Assembly: GCA_002633005.1 (NCBI GenBank)
Contig: NMRA01000010.1
Location: forward strand, 675,252-739,251
Source of the DNA: Phoronis australis
Taxonomy: Eukaryota > Animalia > Phoronida
Length of the DNA stretch: 64,000 nucleotides
Direction: 5' to 3'
Position numbers and translations under genes: made by a program. Shown here one piece after another: positions 13,626 to 24,800 of the stretch (the stretch's first letter is position 1; every line of letters starts with the position of its first letter). The notes below the pieces were generated by a model. The model saw only the letters and a program-made list of their open reading frames with translations. It did not search any database and was not told the origin of the DNA.

Positions 13626-14839
13626 CCAACTTAGCAATATGATGACAATACATATCATAGCCTACTAGCAAACATCAATCATGACAATAACCTTCGTTTA
13701 AAGACTATTCATTATCCCCAGACTGGTCGACCTATATATATGTAGATAGACGACAATCGTGGCTTTATACAAATTTGTTCAAAGATGAGCTCAAGCATAA
13801 AATGCACACTATTGCACAAATGAAAGCAATCTAGACTCTCTGGCAAAACCTGACTTTATCACAGCTTTCAACAAAAATGTTGCGACTACAGACACACACA
13901 TGCTCGCATGCATACACTAACACTCTCTTCTACCCAACTTGCCCCAAGAGTCAAGAACGCTTCAATGCAGAAATGCCATGTACTAGTACATTTAATAACA
14001 AAATGTCAGGGGCATAACACCACATGATACTAACCGCCAAAAATCATTAACTGGAGTAGTCAATAAGCTGAATGTATTGATGAGTGTCTGAGCAAAAGCT
14101 CAGGCAGTTTTGCCTTCCATTACAACAGAATCGACTTCAAAGATGTGGAGATTATGCTCACCAAGAGGGTCAAAAACATTTTCAGTTCCCCTAACAGAAG
14201 TTGGGTTACATTTCAAAATACCACTTTAACTTCTACAGAACAATGCACGAGCACTGGTGTGATAACAATAATAATACTGGTTAAGTTGTTGGACTGGTAC
14301 ATATGAGAAAAGACACTTAACTATGCGAACATGAAAACAAATGCTTAACTTCTACACATTTTTTTATGTACAAACCTCAAAGGCTCTAATTTATATTAAG
14401 GATTTATAGTAAAAATATATTCTATTTAACAAAACGATAACATTGCAATCTATAGTTTTGACACGTTCCCAATATGGGCTATTTTATGTACAAACAATGA
14501 CACTGGATACCACCCATAGTAATCTTTCCCTGCCGTCAAAGCAATTCACCAAACCATTTTTTCTTTAATCAATTGTCAAAGAAAAGGGGACATCAAAATC
14601 AGCAATAAACTGTAAATAGTTCTTAGACAGCTGCCTTTGTTCAACAGTTGAAGACATCTACTACAACACCTGTTGTTGAGCTTAGAGTACTTCATAACTA
14701 ATTCAGTTCAATCAGTGATTTCTCCACGGTCGAGACTGGCAAATAAGTGTTCAACACAAACTACACGGAAGCCATGTTAGCTCCATCCTCAGCCATAAGC
14801 ACCATAGGAACACGAGATGTAATAGTTACACATTACCAC

Positions 14840-14896
14840 ATATATGTAGGCCAAACAAATATATGTAGGCCAAACAAATATATGTAAGCCAAACAT
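14840..14896. repeat. 19-bp tandem repeat x3 in the PPP1R3 3' UTR
   Basis: Unit ATATATGTAGGCCAAACAA, three near-perfect copies. Confidence 0.9.
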
Positions 14897-15041
14897 AAGT
14901 TAGAATAAATAGAAGAATGCACAGGATGAGAGCCGAGTAAGATTACATACACATATTGGCACAGCCTTTAAAAAGCTTTCCAGGTAATAATCAATAGCAT
15001 AACCGGTAGCTGAACATGACTCTGAATAACGACAACACCCA

Positions 15042-16028
15042 TTACCAGTAGGGCGAACTTGTATCCAGTCGCGACCAAGAAGAAAACTCTGACCAACTAT
15101 GGGTTTGATCAATTTCAAGTAAGCTGTATGGCTTGAAATTGCTAGAGTCTGTTTTTTTAAAGAAAGAGGACACGACCTTGTAGTTACAGCCATCATTATT
15201 GTCCCAGTACTGTCTTCCGCACACTTCGTAGTTAACTGCAAACTCTACAGACTTCTGAGGATCGGCGTTGGGTGGTACTTTAATCTCAAACGAAAACGTG
15301 TCAAATGGATTCACCTGATCACTGCCACACGGAACATACTTTGTTCCAATGTCTAAGGTTGTCTCCCAAGAGTCAAAGGTCACTCGCAAAATAACCTTTT
15401 TGTCAAACGCAACATTTTTAACTTTAACTGTACCCAAGAGCGAATAATCTCTCACGATAACATTCTCTAACGAAACAAAGTTCTTCTCAATTTTCTCTCG
15501 AAATTTCATGTAATCTGACGCCGGTTGTTTGAAGTCCAGGGTAAGCGGTGGGTGGGATACAGCACCTGCACAAGCTCCATCTGTGAGTGCGGAAAGAATT
15601 CCGGGAGGGATTACAGGCGGCATGTCGGATGGCTCCGACATAATACGCACCTGAACGAGTGCCAGTCCGTTGGTGTCTGCAAAGGACACTCTTTTTTTTG
15701 TTTTGAACTGGCACTGGCCAATTTCGGGTGACAATGGGGAGTCAGGAGAGGAGAGACCATCACACTGTTCACCATCACTTCCTGGACTTTTCAGACCACA
15801 GTCCTTATCCAGGATAATACTTTTTAGCTTAAATCCTGGTGGATGTTTCCGGCTTACAACTGGACTTCTGTTGATATCGGCTACACGTTTTGTGTATACT
15901 GGTCGATAGTTCGTACAATAGTTCATCAGGGATGATTTATTGTAAGCTGGTGGACTAGACTGAAGTAAGTACGACTGGAAATCCACAGGCATTTTATCGA
16001 AAGTGGCTGGACGGTCGAACGCTAACAT
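15042..16028 (-). CDS. PPP1R3B: protein phosphatase 1 glycogen-targeting regulatory subunit (PPP1R3B/3C-like, CBM21 domain)
   Basis: Single-exon ORF. It has an MPVDF...SPP N-terminus like PPP1R3C, the RVxF PP1-docking motif KKRVSFAD, CBM21 motifs GTVKVKNVAFDKKV..R.TFDSW and YWDNNDGCNY, and C-terminal W..F.SW....SPYW. An in-frame TAA lies upstream, so the start is ATG 16028 or ATG 15992 (MPVDF), not the TTG at 16040. Splice acceptor at 16078-16079. The symbol is family-level (probable co-ortholog of 3B/3C). Confidence 0.95.
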   Translation of the reverse strand: MLAFDRPATFDKMPVDFQSYLLQSSPPAYNKSSLMNYCTNYRPVYTKRVADINRSPVVSRKHPPGFKLKSIILDKDCGLKSPGSDGEQCDGLSSPDSPLSPEIGQCQFKTKKRVSFADTNGLALVQVRIMSEPSDMPPVIPPGILSALTDGACAGAVSHPPLTLDFKQPASDYMKFREKIEKNFVSLENVIVRDYSLLGTVKVKNVAFDKKVILRVTFDSWETTLDIGTKYVPCGSDQVNPFDTFSFEIKVPPNADPQKSVEFAVNYEVCGRQYWDNNDGCNYKVVSSFFKKTDSSNFKPYSLLEIDQTHSWSEFSSWSRLDTSSPYW

Positions 16029-16333
16029 CAGTGACGGCAAGTACGATTATTCGCTTGTCTGGTTAACTTCCAACCATCTGAAATAGGATAGAGAAAGAAC
16101 GACTGTTAAATCAACTAACTAACTACGGTTTAAAGGAAAATAAAATGGCAATATCATCATCGAAGCACATGAAATGAAAAATAATCCAGAAAAGAAATGA
16201 AACCGGTACTGTAGAGGTCGCGTCAGTGAGTTGTCAAAATGCCCGGCAAACAGCCAGATAACAGAAACCACAAAAGATTCTGAACTGCGACTTATTGGGT
16301 CTTCACTGTGGACCGAATACATCACTTACTTAC

Positions 16334-16575
16334 CAAGCCATAGAAAATAAAATGCACAAAACTTCCACGTTTGCCCAAATCATCCGACGTTCGCCTCAAC
16401 TCCTCACCGACTGAGCTCAGTCATTCATGTCTCTGAAGTTCACGTGAACAGCTATTTATTAAGACCAATCCGATCGATGGGATTTGTTCTATTTTCATTA
16501 ACGACCAATGGGAACGAAGAGACAAAAAATAGGTCACATGAATGTCAAAAATACGAGAGACGTGACACGAACGTG
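16334..16575 (-). promoter_or_regulatory. candidate proximal promoter and non-coding first exon of PPP1R3
   Basis: Donor TG|GTAAGT at 16334/16333; Inr-like TCAGTC within the palindrome 16409-16422; E-box CACGTG 16441-16446; TATA-like TAATAAATAG 16452-16461; two CCAAT boxes (16465, 16505); tandem E-box CACGTT-N5-CACGTC 16559-16575. Confidence 0.55.
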
Positions 16576-18037
16576 TTTCACAAGTTTGACTCTTAACTAA
16601 TGCAAAGAAAATATAAGTGATGACATAAGACTAAGAACAAGTAACAAAACACCGTAAGACTTTTTCTACGAGATAAATAAAAATCTACCACATATGCAAG
16701 CACCGAAAAGAAAAACAAGTAAAAAACAGCTCCCCTGTAAACAGTCTATTTTTAGCATTTTACCAGACGTCATACGGTATCCCCAAGTTATCGCGTAACA
16801 AACAAGTTGGCCTAGTGAGCGCTTCCCGGGATCGACAAAATGACTTGTTTACCAGCTGACCCAGAAATTTTACAGGATCAAGAATATTTTCCACTGGCTG
16901 CTTTAGTGAACCCCAAACGCAACTAATCTGCACACCGCACACAGTGTAAAACGATTCCTACAGCGTTTCTGCGATGAGTGTAATTTTTCAACAACACAGT
17001 GGGTGCCGGGACATCATTTAAACCGCGTCGTGCTTTCTGTGTTACATCAAATTTTAATTTTGATATATGGCATTGGTCTCAAATCGTCCCTAAGACAAGA
17101 TATAACTTGGAAAGAACTGACTGTGTTGTTATTTCTACAGACCAAGCTGAGTCTGATGGTGACCAAACAGCGTGTCTGCTCTTTCCAAGCCGAGAGATCC
17201 GATGTGACTTGCAAACTTTGAGCACAGAACACGACAAGATCTATTAATATCGGTGAGCGGACTAAATCAAACCATGTTTTGTCTGAAAGCACGGGTCCAA
17301 TGTCACTTTAAAATGGGGGCACAGGCGCGTCGGTGTCCCGGCGTGCAACATACAAGAATTTTTGCCTGATACCCACCTGTTATAATTAGAAAAATGAACC
17401 TTTTCCCCCAGCTGCAGCTGCAAGTTTTGAATAGATAAACTATGATAATCTACCGGTGTCCATATTCTACTAGCATTTTGGTTAAGCACAACTCTAGATT
17501 TTGACTCATGCGGGCCAGTGGGAAGGCTAAGGCACCGCCGGTAGGCCTACGTCCTCACCTGTAAGCGCACACGCGATGGCCCTGTAATGGAACTGCCCAA
17601 CTGACTTACTTTTTGATTGATAAAATAAAATATATGCTACTAAGCAGTGTGTACCAAAGCTTCTGCCTGACCAAAAAGTTTTGACCTTGGCCGTTAAAAA
17701 AACGTGTCTGTCAGCGAACCGATTAAGTTGAATTTAGAGGTGATCATTAAATTTAACTTAAATGCAAAGAGCAAGGACAAAAAACATACAAAGGGACAAA
17801 TTTCATCGGCAGGTAAGTAAAAACATATTGGGTTCTCTGGAATTTCAGTATATTTTCACTCAAAGTTATCGCCAGCTCTGGCGATAATGATCTGTTGGCA
17901 AGTAACCCGACCAACAACGCTCATGCTAAGAGGAATATTATTTGCCAAAGACAAATCCAGTTTCGACCAAAACATGACAAATTACAAACCTAATGTGAAT
18001 TTTCATCGCGAGGCCGTCTAAGAAAAAGTACACTTAC

Positions 18038-18211
18038 CCGAAACTTCGAAAACCACCGAAGAAAAGAACTTAAAGAAAACCGAATAGAGACGACGCGCTA
18101 TCACAAGTGATCCCACTAGTCAGTGTGTGGACATGCGGGGTTTGTGACCAGTATTTATTTACTGCGAACTTGTGTATTGGCCGTAAAAGGCGCTCACGGC
18201 CCCTACGCGTG
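18038..18211 (-). promoter_or_regulatory. candidate distal promoter and non-coding first exon of PPP1R3
   Basis: Strong donor CGG|GTAAGT at 18038/18037; TATA-like TAAATAAATA 18152-18161; CCAAT 18176-18180; ChoRE-like CACGGC-N5-CGCGTG 18195-18211. Confidence 0.55.
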
Positions 18212-19186
18212 GACAACACGTTTAGCAGGACATTCACCGATACCCAGGCCACTGGCAGACGATATTATTGTTAATGTTATAATATGGGAACAGCTGATAA
18301 GATAACGCAAGTGTTCGTGATGAGTTGGTTGTCCTATGTGACGATTAAGCTACATGGCGGTCACTGTTAAGGGCACACACTGGCAACAGTATATCACGCT
18401 TTCGGTAAAGCAAACCCAGCTACGGCTAAAAACGAAAACCGAGGTAGCACTTTTACTCTGCTCTCATAAAATTCCTTACCGTGATAGGATACTATTTCCG
18501 TTAATAACAAGAACACCCAATTATCAACGACTCATAAAAACTCAGAGTTGATTGGGTTCGGGCCAACCCTAAAATTACGAATTCGATAATGTCGCGTGTA
18601 CGCATTGCGCCGTGTGAATTAATCTCCATAGCCTGCACGTTGTTGGAACCCTAAGTTTTTACACTGTTTTCAAAATTTAGACAAGAAACATTTTCTTGCG
18701 TTGTGCCGAGGGATCAACGAATCCGATTATTAATATAGGACCAACGCAGCGCTACCTGGGTCAAGCCGTAATCACTAACTTCAATATCACGATAAAAGGA
18801 ACAGCGTATTTTGCATGATGAGTATGAAGTCACCTGATGATTTAATTCGCTAGTCAAATACGTTTGCTGGACAATTGTACACTTAGCACTTAGCAAATTC
18901 ACGGTAAAAATATTTCATGAGAAGTGATTTTAAACGGTAACTATATCTGTTTGACAGTGGTGTAACTATAGTTTAGAGGCATTTAGTAGTTGTGAAAATA
19001 TCATTCATACTTCGTTAGACTTTCTCGGTCTTTCCTGAGGATATATTCAGTATGCACATTTTTTTGGAGCTCGATGTTTTTACGATGTTTTTGTAACTTC
19101 AAACTCGTGATTCGCTATAAAAAATGGCGTTCAGTAAATTAGCAACGAAGGCTGGGCCTCCCGGCCAACAACGGAACAAAATTAAC

Positions 19187-19395
19187 GTGTTCCATCGAAA
19201 TTGGAACGCCCGTGTAAAACAGATATCTCGGAATCGAAAACAGTCTCCCGCATCTACAGAACAGCTAACCAGCCCGAAATACAAGGTCGGGGTTCATGTT
19301 TTTCGGGCTGGTTAGCTGTTTTGAAGATGCAGTGTCTGTTTTTGATTCCGGCATATCTGTTTTACACAGCCTGTATTCCAATTTTGATGGAACAC
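19187..19395. mobile_element. about 210-bp foldback / long inverted repeat element
   Basis: Arms of about 95 bp (GTGTTCCATCGAAATTGGAA...AACAGCTAACCAGCCCGAAA / TTTCGGGCTGGTTAGCTGTT...TTCCAATTTTGATGGAACAC) with a short loop. Confidence 0.8.
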
Positions 19396-21245
19396 TTTGA
19401 CTAGGAAAATGATCTCAACCTTTCACACTCGCTGGTTCCCTGGGTGCCGCTAGGTTGGGCGGTAGCCGCGCCAGCACGTGCTGGCTAGGCATGTAGGGGA
19501 CCAGCGAGCTTTTCCGAACGTTGATGTCTACACGGTGATAGCAGGACGTTTATACGTTCACCGTCCGTGCTGTGATACACGCGCAGTGGTAAATAAATGG
19601 CTTTTGAACAGAAAGATCTCGGGGTCAAGTAAAATCTCCAATGCTATACACTAAGTTTTTAAAAGAAATTTAAACAGCTTTACAATAGCAGGAGTCGAAA
19701 TCGAGGCATGAACGGTGAAACCAATAATTATACTTGAAAGCAGACGGCCAGTGACCTTCTAGTCCGGTTTAGTCAGAAATTGCATTTGAGTGCGAAGGGT
19801 CAGTGACTGGTCAAACAAATATGAGGGTAGATTTATTGACCTTTGTCAACCCTGGTCAGCACCCTGAGAGGGTGCCGAGTATTTCACTATCTTTAGTACA
19901 TTCATTACTGATAAAACATCTTCTCACGTTCACGGTCAAGAATTCGCGCACCCTTTCCCATGGGAGGAGTAATTTAAATCTTAATATCTATTTTGCTTTT
20001 CACTGGCGTGCTCAATTGAAGAACAAACCTACAATCTAATGATTATTTGTTTCTTAAAATCTTCGCTACAAGAAAAGCATTTTGTTAGCCCACACAACGC
20101 CAGGTTGTCTGTTTAAGAAGAACGACGTGAGGAAAAGGTTAATGATGATATAAATGTTTGTCTGGATTAATTTCAGAATATTGCTGATTTTATCGAAAAA
20201 CAGATGACGCAGTGTATTTTCACTTACGTACACTTACGACACGTCAAATTCTAAAAAACATTATACTATACTCGGAAACGAGAAGGAAATTGTTACGTCT
20301 GCAGTCTATTTTAGCCTCCTTCCAGCCTTCTGATTTGATAAGTAGTCTAAGGTCGAATTTTCATTTGTTTAGAGACTTCACGTGTGCGCTTTAGTATTTG
20401 TCAATGAAAGACACGTGCTCTTCACGACGCTGGCTTCAAGGTGGACGTGCCAACATGACCCGTAACACCAATGCCACACCTCTCACTGTGAATGAGCGTT
20501 TTAAGGTTTTTAGGGAAAACATAAATTAAAACATCACAGCAGACAAAGGCAGCTTCAACCACAGTCTATGCTTCAACCTAAATCTGACAAAGACTGGTAT
20601 AACTCGAAAAAATGTATTTGGTACACCCACATCAGAGTATTACGGTGGTGGGTGAAGCTCCCGCTTACTCGGGACGGACCCACATAGTCTCTGCTTTGTG
20701 GTTTTTGCCCTCCAGTCGATCACCGCTATTTAAATGAAAATCAGTTGTTTCCGATTGAATTGGCATATATTTTAATTAAGAATTTCCTTAATTTAATTGC
20801 GACACATCCTGTGGTACTATGTCCACCGTAGGCCTTGAGCTACGCAATATCCATTCTGGTTTTATCAACTAGGCCTACTTATGGTAACCTATCTGTCGTT
20901 TGTCACGGTCACTTCGCCACAATAAAAAATCTCATTCGAACTAACAAAAGAAGTTTTGCGGTCCCCTGCAAATTTCTTGCGAACATGCGGGCAGAGCTTG
21001 AGACGCATTAGTGCAATCAACTGACCGCGGCATGTTGTATGCGTGTTGACCGATCTTTGCCTATGCATGGTTTGAACCAACTGCTGTTGACCACTTTAAG
21101 AGGCGCAATATATCAGCGCTTGTCAAAAAACAAGATTTTTTTCATTTAGGCTACTAATAAATTCGATCTCATACGGTTCCTTACTTATCCTAGTAACGAC
21201 TCCTGGGTCTAAACAGAACTCACAAGTCTTTATCGACTCACTCTT

Positions 21246-21413
21246 CAGGGGCAGATCCAAGATTTTTAAAAGGTGGTGGGGGATGGGATCCATGATTTTT
21301 AAAAAGGGGGTCCAAGTCAACAGTTTGAAAATTCAAATTCTAGATTCAACATCACTGAAATCAAGAGATAAGGAAGGGGCCCGGACCCCCTGAACCCCCT
21401 GGATCCGCCTATG
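21246..21413. mobile_element. MITE-like element with CAGGGGCNGATCCA-type TIRs
   Basis: CAGGGGCAGATCCAAG ... CTGGATCCGCCTATG; related termini at 56095-56109 and 56956-57205. Confidence 0.65.
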
Positions 21414-21785
21414 CTATGTAACCGAAGCTCATCATGAAGTTTCCTTGCATGACGTGTTGGTTTCAGACGCTGAAGCAGCTTGGCCGTTCACGTGTTGCAG
21501 TACAACCAATTTCAATTCAAGCAAAGGAAAAGAACACGATGCCATTGAAGAGCAGTTCTTCAAAGAAAATTGTTTCTGATACAGAACACGATTTACTGTG
21601 GGTTTCGTGTTCTGCATGACTGAAGAGGCGTGCTCTGGCATTTTCAACCAATCAACAGCAGGAAAACGCCCAGAAATGTCCGTGTTAACTGAGACCTACA
21701 CCTTGGCCTCATTGAAGCACGCGTGTCCGTAAACAGTTTCAATAGTTGTATGCGAGCTGGATGCAAAGTACGATTTCAATAGAAG

Positions 21786-21887
21786 CATGGGCGGCGCAGC
21801 ACTGAAATACGCGCGCGCGTGTGTGTGTGGGGGNGGGGGGGGGGGGCTATAGCCCCCAGCTCAGTCTCCTATGGTGCGCCGCCCATG
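21786..21887. mobile_element. short MITE-like element
   Basis: TIRs CATGGGCGGCGCA / TGCGCCGCCCATG; a second degenerate copy at ~58063-58131. Confidence 0.7.
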
Positions 21888-24800
21888 CGCAGGAAATAAT
21901 TTATGAAGTTAGTTGGAGACGGAGATGAGTGGTTGAAAATATTCGGTTTTTATCACAGAACTCTGTAGGCTATATGCCTTTATGCTATTATTTTTGTTCG
22001 CTTCGAACAACCCCCAGTCCCCTTGACCGTCATTCAAATATCAGCGTAAATGCAAAAATAGAACACGACGCGTCTTTCATTTAAAATCACGTTATTTACC
22101 AATTCATCCCATGTGCCGTAGTGTTGCGTATAAGCGCCGGCCCCTAATAAGCGCCGGTCTCAAACAAGATGCCGAGTGGATTCCGCTTGTGGCCAGAAGT
22201 GCATCTTGTTCAAAATACAAAATGTTGCTCAAAAGTTGGTCATAGTCTTTTGAGACTCAAACAGCATTTAGAATAACATTCTGTTCGTGTTGACGTATAA
22301 TTCATAATTTACCGCCTTTATGCGGACCGACCACAATGGAAACGAGCGTCCGCTTTTTCGTGCCAAACGATCATCGATTGTTCCTTTTTAGCTACTTTTA
22401 CTTGCCTTACCTTTGTCTTATTTGTCATCTTTACGTTTAGTTTATATCCTTGTCTGCTTATGTCAGTTTTTGAGAAATGTTGTAATATCATATATTATGT
22501 TGTATTGCATTACTTGTGTGGTCAATCGATGAATGAACCAACCAATCAATCTGTACAAGACATGAAGTTTCTACTGACCCGCTTCAGAACACTTAGTACT
22601 GCAGGTAGACCTAAAAGGGCAAAACAAATTTCATTTGTCAGTAACCACAGCATACAAGGAAATGATGAAAGAAAATTAGTTTACCAGACATGTTTGGATT
22701 GCCTTGCCGTGCAATTTACTATTACATCATGTACACTAAGATTATACACGACTGACCGAGATTCAGTCAGACGGAAATATTCCACTTCTGGCGGGTCATT
22801 TAGTTCGCACTCAAACCCTAATTGAATAATTTATATTCATAGTTATTCGTACGTTAGCTTACGATCGTTGATGAATGTTAAGTATTGTTCAATTGATAAG
22901 AGGATAATTGTTACGATTCGATTACGTCCGTCTGTATGTCTGCATAATTCACGAAACATTTCTGACGAGAAGATAAAGAGCCCTGAACTCCAAGTTAATA
23001 TCTGCTCAGTTAGTTAAAAAATCAGTTTTAATTTAAGCCACATAATTACTTCTCACTCATATTAGCTGAAGTGATGTCTGCGCTCGAGAATAACTGACCA
23101 TTCATGATTACCTGCAGGCTCGGCACATGAAATGGACCATCGTGGCAAGCTGAAGTCAATTAAAATCAGCCTGATCTCAAGCAGTGACGAATGACCAGTT
23201 CTCCCCAAACCAAGAACTTCTTCAGTCTAAACAAGGAACACATTGATACCATTGAGTATAATTAACGCAGAAAGTTTAAATCATGAAAGTGGGATTTGCA
23301 TTAACGGCTAAAAAATCATTGAAGGTACATGGAACCTTGCACGGATCGAGATTCACACAGAAAGTAATCATCAATAGGCTCCAGTTCTTGGTCCAAGATG
23401 CAGCTAAGTCTTGGTTATAATGAACAAGGCTCGGACTTGCCAACTATTTTAATGCTTATCAATCGTTTCTACGTGTAACTAATTAACGTGTTCTTTGAAA
23501 GACGCGACCAGAATCATGACTTTTGTTTTTGACAATGAAATAATCGTTCTCACCAAAAATCAAAGAGTGGGGTCTAATTCAACGACACAGTATTGGAGAG
23601 GCCACTAAGAATGGTGAGAGTGTGATTCAAATAAGTCCTTGCTATATAAATACAACTTATGAAAATGAAGTATTAATCTCTGACTGTTCACAATTGAACC
23701 CTTGCACTTTAGACGGTGGCTCCTAAATGAATACATTGCGGAATAAAAAATATAGAAGAAAGGCTAAATTGAGTGGTTTTTGCTTGTTTGCGAGTCGTCC
23801 CACTTTTAAAATGCTTTTGAATTTTCCGAATAATGGTACTTATATCATTGACGCTCTTGCGAGCAACTTTTGTGTAGAAAAAAATGCGCTTGAACAGAAA
23901 TTTCCGGCATTTCATAACACCACAAAAAAACCCCGCCAACGTGAATTTTCGCACACGTTAAAAACTCGTAACTTATGATGTTCCGCTGAAGTTGAAAGCG
24001 GTCAAGTAAATAACGAAATATTCTACCTTAAAACAGACTTTCACAAAGCAGAGAAGTCACTGTCCATGGAATCCTGAGAGAATACCTACGGCGCCAATCG
24101 GAAGTCCCGCGCCAGAGCAAAACAATATGGGGAACTCTTGTACGGTTTATACGGGTATTCCCGTTCATGAGCTTATCTGTGAAACACTTGTAAGTAAAAC
24201 CGTACTTTTTAAATACTATGTGAAACCTTCTCGTTACAAAATGGCAGTCGTTGACATTTAAAAGAACGTTTCCTTCTTAAGACATACCATTCCCCGTCAC
24301 GGTAAAAACTGATTTACATGCTGAAACTGAACACAAGCAGCTATCAAGTTGCATAACTCTTCATAAGTCCATATTTGGAAAGTTTCAGAACAAAGTATCT
24401 CAAAAAGGCTGATCAGACTGAGATTCATGCGAAACCTTCAAATACCATGCTACGTGCAATGTTATCCAAAACGTTTTCAAGCAGGCACTTTTGCACAAGG
24501 AGTTATAAAAATGGAATTTTCATGGTTTTTCTTAAAAAATTCAAAAGTTACATCAAGCGAAAATGAAACGATAATTTGGAAACTGTTACAGCATTTTCAC
24601 GATTTCATCTTGAACTTTTATACGAAACGAAATTTGATCATATTATTGACGCCATTGTTTTGCTCTGGATGGCTTTATTTCTAACTAAATTTTATTTTTG
24701 CCACGTGGCAGATTGGTATAAAGTCAATTAACATCAAATTCTATAAGATTTCTACTGTCAGAATATAAATTTATATCCTAAGTACTGAGTTCAAATCTAC

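Noticed and set aside
16029-16040. TTG start for PPP1R3
   Set aside because: Artefact of prokaryote-style start calling; ATGs at 16028 and 15992 are available.
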